Source: a virus (lineage: Duplodnaviria > Caudoviricetes). Taken from it: DNA of 53,371 bases. Location of the stretch: IMG/VR virus record IMGVR_UViG_3300048554_000080, positions 1 through 53,371 of that record. One strand, written 5' to 3'. A program made the position numbers and the translations under genes. Shown here in pieces: positions 45,025 through 53,371 of this stretch; the stretch's first letter is position 1; each line of letters starts with the position of its first letter. The notes beneath the pieces are model-generated. The model did no database searches and had not been told where the DNA came from. It saw nothing but the letters and a program-made list of their open reading frames with translations.

Positions 45025-48018
45025 CTAGGAATAGGTTTGGGCATAAGGCGAGGCAAAACCGCTATATACCGATGCGGGTGCCGGGGCTCCTGCTGTGGGA
45101 CTCTGACCTCCCATGTTTGCGTTAGAACCTTGACTAATTCGTCGGTCTGCTATCTGTTTCATCAGACGGTTAATGTCTAATGCCTGTTGGTCAAGAAGGG
45201 CTCCGTTCATACGGCTGTATGTACTTAGAACCAAATTGCCACTGTCATCGATAGTACGTTTGATCATATTGCCATTCGCATCGATGGCGTTCTGGATTAG
45301 TCTTCCTTCACCATCAAATGATTTACTTAGGGCTGTCATACGTCCTCGTAGGCCATCATCGAGGTCAGCTACATCTTCTTCGAGTAATGCTCGAACTTGT
45401 AACAGGCGGGTGTTGAATTCTTTCCTGCCTTCACGTTCTTGATCACTAAGCTCGTCAAATCGAGTAGCAAAGCCTTCCTCAAGGCCCGAAGCCATTCCGA
45501 GTAAGCCTTGATCAATATCACCACCAACTTGTTTGATGGAGCTATCAATCGCTTGTAGGAATTCTTCTGTAGAGTTGAAGCGTGAATCAAAGTCTGTAGT
45601 TAACAAATCAGCGTTAAACTTATTAGACTCGATCAATTGGCCTGTCGCATCATCGATAGTGCTGATAACCAGTTCGCCGTTAGCGTTAAGCTCACGGAAG
45701 ATAAAGTCACCGTTTGCATCCACTGCTGTACGGATTAGGTCTCCGTTACTATCAAATGAATCTGACAATGCTTGGAACTTCTCTTGTAGATCTGCGCCGA
45801 GCGTATCACCTTGAGTAGTCATGATGTTACGCAACCCGGCCAAGTTACCTACTAGGTTAGCTCGTAGTTCGTCAGAAGAGTTTTGAATACCGTCGAATGC
45901 GCTAGTGATTGTATCACCAAGCCCAGCTTGCATTGTGTTCAACTGTGATGAGATGTCCGCAATGTTCAAGGATGTCTGGCTTAATACTTCGCCAGAAGCA
46001 CTGATTTCAGTAGTGATCAAATTACCTTGTGAGTCTAGATCTCTCTGTATTTCAGTACCGGCTTCAGTGATCTCGCTTCGGATCAAGTTACCTTGAGCAT
46101 CGAAGGAAGATTGTAGATCTGCCATATCGCTGGTGAACTGGTCACCAAGGCCGGATCCAACTGTATCAATCTGTCCACTTACGTCGCCTAAGATAGCTAC
46201 GAGGTTAGCATTAGCATCTGCGTTTCCGCTTGCTAGGTCAGAGAACGCTGTATTTAGCTGATCACCTAGACCGAACTGCATCTCGTTAAGCTGACTAGAG
46301 ATATCTCCGATATTGAGCGTAGTCTCGTCGATAAGCTCATTCGTGGAGTCAAAGCTCTTAGTAATGAGGTTACCATTTTCATCCAAGCTACGAGTAATCG
46401 TGTTACCGTTATCGTCAATTGAATCTGCCAAGAAGTTACCTTGCTCATCAAATGCGGCACTGAGTAGATCAAAGTTATTAGTAAGCTCTGAAGTAACCCC
46501 TGTGCCGATATCGCCGATAAGGCTGTCCGTAACAGTAAATGCATCAAGGATGGACTGTCGGCTTTCCGCCGCAAGCTCTGCATCACCGAAGATGCTAGTG
46601 AACTGAGTATCCATGTTAGATTCAAACGTAGAGACGTTGTTCAATAATGAGTTTAGATCAAGCGTCTGTTGATCCATACGAACACCGTTGGCGTCAAACT
46701 GAGCAATAAATAATTCACCTTGGTCGGATAGGGCTCGGGTGATTAAACCACCTTCATTCGTAACAGTCTCAGTAATTAAATTACCTTGATCATCAAATGA
46801 ATCTACAACACTTTGGTAATTAGATTTTACTTGTTCACTCAGACTTCCGGTATCCGCCTGTAAAATATCTTGTACACTAGCGAGTGTATCCACAAAGCTC
46901 TTCTTACGGGCCGCGCCTTCGGTAGTTTGGTCAGTGAACCCAGAAGCAATATCTGTAGCTATAGACCCAAAGTTAGTATCAGCATCATCTGCCGCAGAAC
47001 CTACTGCTGTACCTACATCTTGTACGTCTGTGCCTACTCCAGATATAGAAGCGGCGATATCACCGAAGTTAGTCTCCGCCGTATCTGCCGCACTAGCTAC
47101 ATCAGAGGTTACGTCAGCAACTGCATCTCCTACGCTGGAGAATCCTTCTGAGGTTGCTGTAGCTTGGTCACCCATAACTTGGCCCATAGTCTCAAAACCG
47201 CCCACGATACTATTACCGAGGTCAGTACGAGTCTGATTGGCTAGGGTAGTGTAATCACCAAAGTCAGTTAGATAGCCATCAAAAGCCGTCTGCATTGTTC
47301 CTTGGTTTTCTTGAATTGTTGCTTGGCCCTTTGCCAAATCTTGATAGTAAGTAGCCGCGTCGCCGCCGTACTTGTCAATTAACGCTGAAATAGCCTCTTG
47401 CCCGGTTAGGACGTTGCTTGAGGTCTCGGTTAATTGATCGCCGATAGCAGTACCTACTGCATCAATATTTTCGTTGGTAGTGTCAAAACCTGTGTTTGTA
47501 GCATCCAACAAAACGGCGTCATTTGTGTTTACTGTGTCAGTGAGAGTGCTGAACCCAGTGTTAAGGTTTTCATTAGTGGTGGTGAAACCAGTAGCCATGT
47601 CATCGACAATTTCGTCACCTCGTTGGTCTACTACGTTGACTATGTAATCTTCGGCATCGGTAATGTCGTTTCCTACGTTTTCAAAGCCGGTAGCAATATT
47701 CTCATCTGTTTGGGTTAGACGAGTATCTACGCTTGTAGCTAGATCATCTTGGCCGGTAAGAACATCAGCAAACCCGGTACTCATATCGGTACCAAGCCCT
47801 GTTAGGCTAGAGTCAACATTAGCAAAGCCTGTAGCATTTGCGTCCGCCATACTCCCTAAAGTATCAACAGTAGTGTTGTACCTTTCTTCAGCGGCCGTTC
47901 CTAAGCCACTAATGTCCGAACGAATAGTTTCCTGACCAGCTTGTAGGTTATCGAATTGATCGTCCCCTAAGCCTGTTTCCGTGACATTGGTTGTTCTGCT
48001 TCCGCCGCCTCCGCACAT
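45025..48018 (-). CDS. Acidic repeat-rich virion protein (start MCGGGGS at 48018)
   Basis: GAGG RBS; MCGGGG start typical of virion proteins that follow a GNAT gene; internal repeats. Confidence 0.7.
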   Translation of the reverse strand: MCGGGGSRTTNVTETGLGDDQFDNLQAGQETIRSDISGLGTAAEERYNTTVDTLGSMADANATGFANVDSSLTGLGTDMSTGFADVLTGQDDLATSVDTRLTQTDENIATGFENVGNDITDAEDYIVNVVDQRGDEIVDDMATGFTTTNENLNTGFSTLTDTVNTNDAVLLDATNTGFDTTNENIDAVGTAIGDQLTETSSNVLTGQEAISALIDKYGGDAATYYQDLAKGQATIQENQGTMQTAFDGYLTDFGDYTTLANQTRTDLGNSIVGGFETMGQVMGDQATATSEGFSSVGDAVADVTSDVASAADTAETNFGDIAASISGVGTDVQDVGTAVGSAADDADTNFGSIATDIASGFTDQTTEGAARKKSFVDTLASVQDILQADTGSLSEQVKSNYQSVVDSFDDQGNLITETVTNEGGLITRALSDQGELFIAQFDANGVRMDQQTLDLNSLLNNVSTFESNMDTQFTSIFGDAELAAESRQSILDAFTVTDSLIGDIGTGVTSELTNNFDLLSAAFDEQGNFLADSIDDNGNTITRSLDENGNLITKSFDSTNELIDETTLNIGDISSQLNEMQFGLGDQLNTAFSDLASGNADANANLVAILGDVSGQIDTVGSGLGDQFTSDMADLQSSFDAQGNLIRSEITEAGTEIQRDLDSQGNLITTEISASGEVLSQTSLNIADISSQLNTMQAGLGDTITSAFDGIQNSSDELRANLVGNLAGLRNIMTTQGDTLGADLQEKFQALSDSFDSNGDLIRTAVDANGDFIFRELNANGELVISTIDDATGQLIESNKFNADLLTTDFDSRFNSTEEFLQAIDSSIKQVGGDIDQGLLGMASGLEEGFATRFDELSDQEREGRKEFNTRLLQVRALLEEDVADLDDGLRGRMTALSKSFDGEGRLIQNAIDANGNMIKRTIDDSGNLVLSTYSRMNGALLDQQALDINRLMKQIADRRISQGSNANMGGQSPTAGAPAPASVYSGFASPYAQTYS

Positions 48019-48019
48019 A

Positions 48020-48484
48020 TTACACCTCTCTTTTCGTAATAAAACCGACTTTCTCAAAGCCGTGTTTTTGTATTAATTTTTCGTACCCGGGCCCTGCAAT
48101 TCCGCTGGTAATCCCTATACAAATCTCGTGGGCATTCTTTTTCTCTGCCCAGTTAAAAAATTGTCTAAGCATATTTACTATAGACTTCGTTATTCCATCC
48201 CGGTGTTCTGGTTTGAACACCATCACTAGATCTTGAGCTATCAACTTATCGCTGAAAAAATACTCAGATATGTTAGCTAGAAAGAAACCAATGATTTCCT
48301 TGTCTTGCTCAACAACACGCATAAAGGTTGTTGTGTCAGGCTTACTGCCTGTAGCTACCCAGTAGTAGGATTTCTTATCTGACCAGCCACACTTTTCGTA
48401 TAGGCTGTTTTCTTGGAACCAACGGCCTAAATCATTGATCTGGGCGTAGTCCTCTAAAGTAGGGGGGCGAACGATATATTTCAT
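48020..48484 (-). CDS. GNAT-family acetyltransferase-like protein (probable start MKYIVR at 48484)
   Basis: VRPPTLED, IIGFF, VFKPEHR, NWAEKKNA and KHGFEKVG. Confidence 0.8.
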   Translation of the reverse strand: MKYIVRPPTLEDYAQINDLGRWFQENSLYEKCGWSDKKSYYWVATGSKPDTTTFMRVVEQDKEIIGFFLANISEYFFSDKLIAQDLVMVFKPEHRDGITKSIVNMLRQFFNWAEKKNAHEICIGITSGIAGPGYEKLIQKHGFEKVGFITKREV

Positions 48485-48544
48485 GAAGTAAAGGGAGGGG
48501 GTTGGCAATAAAGAGGATAAACTTAGAACCTCTTTCTATCCAGT

Positions 48545-48574
48545 ATTATACACCAGAAAGGGTGTATTATACAA
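48545..48574 (-). promoter_or_regulatory. Sigma70-like promoter for the GNAT/internal-protein operon
   Basis: TTGTAT-18 nt-TATAAT with TACACC...GGTGTA inverted repeat. Confidence 0.6.
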
Positions 48575-48585
48575 GGTAAATACAC

Positions 48586-49056
48586 TTATATCAGGTCTGC
48601 TTTTATCGCTATATACAATGCTAGAGCTAATAAACTACCTAACATGATAAATAGCGCAGTACCTAGATATATCTCCTCCCAAAGCTGATTGCGTTTATGT
48701 TTTTTTCTTTTCGCTATTAGCTCGGCCCGAACCATCTTTCTCTTAGATTCGGCTTGTAGTTGCTTCATTCGTTTAAAAAGATCAGCGTTACCGGTTAGTA
48801 CGCATATATCTTTTAGTTCCCGCTCAAAATCTGCGACTCTTTTCTCTGCGAGTGCTAACTGACTAGCGTCTGCTAGTGACAGTATTCCCCCGTTCTTCTT
48901 GTCTTGTTTAACTTGCTCAATGGCTGTGCTTGCTACACTAAGTCTATGTAGTGCTTGGCCTAGTCCTTGAGCGTTATTAGATGTTTGCTTGAGTGTGCTG
49001 ACCGCAGAATTTACTGCATTCAGTGTACCCATAATGGCACTGATTTCTGCTATCAA
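48586..49056 (-). CDS. Hypothetical helical protein with C-terminal TM
   Basis: 156 aa; TTG start. Confidence 0.65.
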   Translation of the reverse strand: MIAEISAIMGTLNAVNSAVSTLKQTSNNAQGLGQALHRLSVASTAIEQVKQDKKNGGILSLADASQLALAEKRVADFERELKDICVLTGNADLFKRMKQLQAESKRKMVRAELIAKRKKHKRNQLWEEIYLGTALFIMLGSLLALALYIAIKADLI

Positions 49057-49061
49057 AATTT

Positions 49062-49319
49062 TTACTCAGAATAAACAGGAAATCCCGCGAGGGATAGGTT
49101 GCGGTTTGCATCTAATGTTGGGGTGTAAGAATCCGTGAAGTCACGCAATTCTTGACGGTAAGTCCTCTGAGATTCTGTCATTGTTCTATCTTGTAGTGCC
49201 CAAAAATCCGTGGCTTGTAACTCAGCGTCTCTTATTTCTCTGGCCCATTCCCACAGAACCTCAACTTCGATATCGGCCCGAAATTGCTTACCTTGCATTT
49301 GTAAAATATTAGAAATCAT
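49062..49319 (-). CDS. Tail fibre assembly chaperone
   Basis: REIRDAELQATDFWALQD...YRQELRD motif. Confidence 0.8.
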   Translation of the reverse strand: MISNILQMQGKQFRADIEVEVLWEWAREIRDAELQATDFWALQDRTMTESQRTYRQELRDFTDSYTPTLDANRNLSLAGFPVYSE

Positions 49320-49328
49320 ATTAGCCTC

Positions 49329-50699
49329 CTAACTAGCTGTAACTCGGCCAGAGTAGTTGGATGAATTACTCCACATACCATTGATCGTAATTGTTATTTG
49401 GGGGTTAGTTGCATCAATAGATGCGGATCCTGTTAAGCCTATGTTACCAAGGGTTTGATAAGATAGGCTATTACCAGCGTTTAAATCAGTAGTGACAACC
49501 ATGTGAATATATTTATTCAAATAAGTGTTTACGTTTACAAAAAACATTGCGGAGTTTTTAGTGGATCCTTCTACGTCATTTTGTTTATTTGATAAATTCA
49601 TGAACTCAAACGTGTAGGTTAAAACACCATTTGTTACGTTGTATGGAATCTCTAATTGACGAACCAATTGTGCGTGACCATTACCGGTATAGTACTCGCC
49701 ATTTTGGTTTATTTTTAACAGTGGATTATCTACATTAGTTGAACCAATTATAAAATTATTGGAAGTATCATCATGACCAATAGTGTATTCGGATACCCCA
49801 TTGTTGAAGAATTTGATTTCCGTGTCACTGCCTGTAGGGGCATCTAGGCGTATTCTTGCATCTCCGGAAGTGGATTTAATGTCTAACATCTCCGCCGGGT
49901 CTATACCTATACCTACATTAGCGTAAAATCGAGTTTCCCCGGTACTTCCATCAATATACTGCCTAATACCACCGCCCGTTTTGAAATAGATTCCCCGAGA
50001 ACCATCCGTATCTAGAGTTAATTTTCCACCGTCGTTTTTCATAAAACCGATTGCAGTTGTACCAGTATCCCCACCACCAACTACAAACCCAGTGCCTCCA
50101 CTACTAAGTTGAAAGCTATCTGACCCTACCACCGAACCCGTAGATGTAATAGATAAAGCTGTAGTGTCTAAATTATTAGTTTGTGAAACCCTAAAATTAA
50201 TACCTTGTCCCACGGTGTTATGATCAATAAATGCCGAGCCCGTAGGCTTGAAACGAATATAGTTGTTGGCGTATTCTGAATTGTTAACACCAACTTTTAC
50301 CAACCCTGCTACGTCTACGTCATCAGTAAAAGTAGCGGATGTCGCAGTGATGCTACCAGTAAAAGTAGCGTTACCATTTTGGTTCATCTGGAATACTTTA
50401 TTGCCACTTAACGAAGGAAAACCATTAGAAGCAAAAGCAAAGGTTAAAGATTCAGATTGATCGTAGTCTAAGCCAATTGCCCATGTGTTTCCTGATGCGG
50501 TTCCAGTACTATTATTAGCAAATGCGATACTTGAGTCATCATTTTGGCGTTGAACAACTATTCTAGCCCCATCTACTGTAGCTAAATTAAAAGTACCCGC
50601 CGCCGGAGTCGTAGCACCAATGGTTGCACCATCGATATTACCGCCGTCAATGTCGGGGCTATTAAAATCTAAATCTGCAATGTCTCTTGCTTTACTCAT
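49329..50699 (-). CDS. Secondary tail fibre
   Basis: MSKARDIAD start, DIDGGNIDG, NVGIG repeats; followed by a chaperone. Confidence 0.75.
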   Translation of the reverse strand: MSKARDIADLDFNSPDIDGGNIDGATIGATTPAAGTFNLATVDGARIVVQRQNDDSSIAFANNSTGTASGNTWAIGLDYDQSESLTFAFASNGFPSLSGNKVFQMNQNGNATFTGSITATSATFTDDVDVAGLVKVGVNNSEYANNYIRFKPTGSAFIDHNTVGQGINFRVSQTNNLDTTALSITSTGSVVGSDSFQLSSGGTGFVVGGGDTGTTAIGFMKNDGGKLTLDTDGSRGIYFKTGGGIRQYIDGSTGETRFYANVGIGIDPAEMLDIKSTSGDARIRLDAPTGSDTEIKFFNNGVSEYTIGHDDTSNNFIIGSTNVDNPLLKINQNGEYYTGNGHAQLVRQLEIPYNVTNGVLTYTFEFMNLSNKQNDVEGSTKNSAMFFVNVNTYLNKYIHMVVTTDLNAGNSLSYQTLGNIGLTGSASIDATNPQITITINGMWSNSSNYSGRVTAS

Positions 50700-51387
50700 T
50701 ATCTACATGCTCCTTGACTGGTTCCGGCGTATTATCGATTACAGTCTGGGCTTCTGCGCGTTCTGCATCATCTGCAACGATGAGAGGATTAGGTACTGTT
50801 TCGGTAGTTGGTTCTGCCATCGGATCTTCTTCGTCATAGACGGTGATCTCGACAGTAGGATCTAAGGGCTCGATGGCTGTTTGGACGATGACTTCGTGTA
50901 GTACATCTTCCATTTCCATTGTTTCTTCGTTGAATACTTGCTCCCCGGTAGGTTGCATCTCGGTTACTTCCGGGCGTCCTACGGATAGCTGGTATTGCTC
51001 TAAACGGGCTGTAGCAGTTCTGTAATCGTCGGCCTGTGAATTAAATAACTTCTCTGCGGCGGCGTCTAAGATGTCTTGAGGTACATCGCCGATAGTAGTT
51101 CCGCCTGTAATAGTTTTTGGGAAACGCTCTTTAACGTCCGCTACATGGTCTTCCCACACACCGTCATACTGCATACCTAGCTGATCACCGGTAGAGGCAT
51201 AACCCTCTGGGCCTGTGCGTAGAGCTACATAATCTGGCTCAATAACGTCCGGGCCTTCTGGTGTGTTACCTTCGTTAATCCAATCGAGGATTGCTTGGTA
51301 ATCTCTGTTAGCTGGGTTATTTGGTACGGACATAGTGCCGTTAACGAGGTAGCTATTTTCTTGTGTTTTTACTGTTTCAATAATCAT
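50692..51387 (-). CDS. Tail-associated acidic protein / fibre assembly factor
   Basis: VPNNPANRDYQAILDWINEGNTP; YASTGDQL...VKERFPK. Confidence 0.65.
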   Translation of the reverse strand: MIIETVKTQENSYLVNGTMSVPNNPANRDYQAILDWINEGNTPEGPDVIEPDYVALRTGPEGYASTGDQLGMQYDGVWEDHVADVKERFPKTITGGTTIGDVPQDILDAAAEKLFNSQADDYRTATARLEQYQLSVGRPEVTEMQPTGEQVFNEETMEMEDVLHEVIVQTAIEPLDPTVEITVYDEEDPMAEPTTETVPNPLIVADDAERAEAQTVIDNTPEPVKEHVDNE

Positions 51388-51389
51388 GA

Positions 51390-52454
51390 TTATAGCTCCG
51401 CATTAAAAATAATCTGGCCGGATGCAACATCTATGTGACTTACATACCCTTGTGTTCCACTTATTGTATTGGTTAGCTGAGAGGTAAGAGTTGAAGTATT
51501 GTTAACACTAACGCTTGCCCCAGATGCTATCGTTGAACCGGCTGAATATGTGTTCACTGTCATTGTCGAAGTACCAGTAGGGGCAGTTCGCATAACTACA
51601 GGAAACTGAGCCTTATAATAAACAGCAGTTGTAGTGTAGTTTGTTCCAACAAAATTATGTTGATCTGTTGTCGCATTGAGGACATATGTATACCGCTGAC
51701 ACAACGCCAGTTCTTCGCCGTATGAACGATGCTCGAAAGGGGTGGCTATGTTACCCACTTCTAGTTGGACACCTGTAACAGAAATGTTTCCAGCGGGAGT
51801 AGAACCACTATTATTACTATTGCGGCTTCTAATATTTATACCCAGACAAAGATTAGAGCTATGTGGAACAACAGTAATGGTGTAGGTGTTTGAAAACTTT
51901 TTCCACTCAGTAGATAGAGTATTTTGATCACTATTATTCTCAAAATACTGTTGATTAGAAGAAGATGTAGATCCAGTTCTAAAAGCCATGAAGTGTCTTA
52001 ACTTATCTCCGGCGACAGTAGATTTTGCGTAATAGCTTATTGTGATTTGTTGGCCCTTGTAAAAAACACCCGCTTTTCCCGCCGCTGGTAGTTCTATTCC
52101 CTGAGATAAAAGAAACTCGCCCGTTGGTGTGCCAGAGCATGTCATGGAGTATGCTAAACCCGAACCTTCTGGGACATCCGTACTTCTTGAGTATGTCAAA
52201 CCACTTGAACTCGCGTAAGTAACCCATCTATCTGCGCTACCGTAATTGTTTGCACCAGTATATGAAGTTCCCCTCTGCCAAATATCAAAACCACCGTTAA
52301 TTATAAGATTCTTACGCCCAGCGCCAATCAGGTTAAACTGTTCCTGTGGTGTCTCCGCACGGAGCATTGCCTCGCCAGCTACACCCGTAGGTTTCTTGAG
52401 ATCGTTTAGTTCCTCGCGGACATTGATCTGGGGTTTTGTAATTTTTACTGTCAT
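51390..52454 (-). CDS. Tail fibre/receptor-binding protein with carbohydrate-binding-like domain
   Basis: RKNLIINGGFDIWQRG, GVQLEVG.IATPFEHRSYGEELALCQRY and FPVVMRTAPT. Confidence 0.8.
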   Translation of the reverse strand: MTVKITKPQINVREELNDLKKPTGVAGEAMLRAETPQEQFNLIGAGRKNLIINGGFDIWQRGTSYTGANNYGSADRWVTYASSSGLTYSRSTDVPEGSGLAYSMTCSGTPTGEFLLSQGIELPAAGKAGVFYKGQQITISYYAKSTVAGDKLRHFMAFRTGSTSSSNQQYFENNSDQNTLSTEWKKFSNTYTITVVPHSSNLCLGINIRSRNSNNSGSTPAGNISVTGVQLEVGNIATPFEHRSYGEELALCQRYTYVLNATTDQHNFVGTNYTTTAVYYKAQFPVVMRTAPTGTSTMTVNTYSAGSTIASGASVSVNNTSTLTSQLTNTISGTQGYVSHIDVASGQIIFNAEL

Positions 52455-52455
52455 T

Positions 52456-53371
52456 TTAGTCCTCCGCCACTAGGCCGTTACTGGCACTGATTGCCGAGCC
52501 TACAGCGTCCGTTGTATTGTCTACCCGCCTCAAGCCTTGGAATACGCTACGTCCTGCGCTTGTACCCGCGTGGAGTAGTTTAGTAGTGTCATCGTATGCG
52601 AGGGCTTCTACAGCGTCTGAGGAGCCGTATAGCGTGGCTTTAGCATTCTCACTGAAGAGGTGCTTTTCATCGTTGTAGATCTTAGCGATTTGTTCTGAGG
52701 AGGGTATGGTTGCGCTAAATCTCCATAGTGCCATAGACCCACTTGTGAGAGGTGAGGATGACCCGTCAGACCTTTTCCCTATACGAAGAACACTTGTATC
52801 CTCGTTATAAGATCTACCTGCGAGTAACGACTTTGTAGCTTTTAGCACACCGTCTTGGTATACAAATAAAATATCCCCGCTTTTTATATAATGGTACAAA
52901 TGCCAAACATCATCTGAAATGGAAAAACCATCAGTGTTTTGCCAATCTTGTGAACCAGTGTTGCCCCGTATATAAAAACGAAGATTGCCCGAAACAATTA
53001 AAGCTAGGACAGAGCCAGAGCCAAAGTTGTCATTGTTTAATTGAGATATTTCCCAGAATGATTGAGTAGAGGTGCCAGCAGTTTTTCCCCAGTGACTAAC
53101 ACACCAATTACCGGAAACATCGTCCATATAGTCTTGGTGAGGTTGTTGTAAGTAATTACTACTAGAAAACCCACTGTACCCCACAAGGTCAGCACCCGTT
53201 GCTACAGCCGTTTTAGTGATTGTGCCGAATACTTGAACATTGTTATTGTTAACACTGCGGTCGTGTTCGGCTAGGATTGCGGATGTAGCATCATCAAATT
53301 CAGTTGCTTGTCCTGTACCACCACCTACTACCAACCAGATATTTGTAGTGGTCGCAGTCGCTACAAAAGTT
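52456..53371 (-). CDS. Long tail fibre, C-terminal part with LamG/concanavalin-like domain
   Basis: In frame with 1..4567 across the overlap; WHLYHYIKSG..FVYQDG...LRIG...SEQIAKIY. Confidence 0.85.
   Translation of the reverse strand, partial: TFVATATTTNIWLVVGGGTGQATEFDDATSAILAEHDRSVNNNNVQVFGTITKTAVATGADLVGYSGFSSSNYLQQPHQDYMDDVSGNWCVSHWGKTAGTSTQSFWEISQLNNDNFGSGSVLALIVSGNLRFYIRGNTGSQDWQNTDGFSISDDVWHLYHYIKSGDILFVYQDGVLKATKSLLAGRSYNEDTSVLRIGKRSDGSSSPLTSGSMALWRFSATIPSSEQIAKIYNDEKHLFSENAKATLYGSSDAVEALAYDDTTKLLHAGTSAGRSVFQGLRRVDNTTDAVGSAISASNGLVAED
53223..53371. repeat. Terminal direct repeat, copy 2
   Basis: Matches 1-149 with one mismatch. Confidence 0.95.

Noticed and set aside
36283-47935. Plus-strand ORFs opposite the internal virion genes
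   Set aside because: Antisense shadows of long minus-strand CDSs
53223-53371. True virion direct terminal repeat
   Set aside because: Lies mid-gene in the tail fibre and is about read length; best explained as a circular assembly overlap
49329-53371. Diversity-generating retroelement acting on tail genes
   Set aside because: No reverse transcriptase ORF and no template/variable repeat pair seen

Overview
This window is an essentially complete, circularly assembled ~53.2-kb genome of a marine podovirus resembling the HMO-2011-type phages. Bases 1-149 repeat at 53223-53371 with one mismatch. Hallmarks are a family-A DNA polymerase with a DnaJ-type zinc-finger insertion, a tyrosine integrase with an attP copying the 3' half of an alphaproteobacterial-type tRNA-fMet, and no phage RNA polymerase. 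There are two convergent arms. The + strand replication/nucleotide arm (20.8-34.8 kb) carries integrase, primase, helicase, PolA, SSB, exo/endonucleases, dNMP kinase, class I RNR, a MazG-like gene and tRNA-Arg. The - strand morphogenesis arm runs from 17.2 kb to 1, wraps, and ends at 34.8 kb; it carries TerS/TerL, portal, scaffold, capsid, tail tube A/B, a ~1777-aa tail fibre spanning the junction, tail accessory proteins, GNAT, internal virion proteins and a lysis cassette. Between the arms lies a GC-rich, CCGG-saturated early island (17.5-20.7 kb) built from repeated promoter/RBS/terminator cassettes. The most novel signal is non-coding. No CI-like repressor is recognisable, but two candidate small RNAs each have their own sigma70-like promoter and intrinsic terminator. 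One (~34651-34720, +) has a loop antisense to the near-identical ribosome-binding region shared by three early genes. The other (~21107-21219, -) has AbcR/cuckoo-like anti-SD loops complementary to the integrase and primase RBSs. Together they suggest an RNA-based lysis/lysogeny or temporal control circuit; this is inference and untested. The genome also appears to avoid CCWGG and GCWGC. All calls come from reading the sequence and recalled family motifs; no searches were run.
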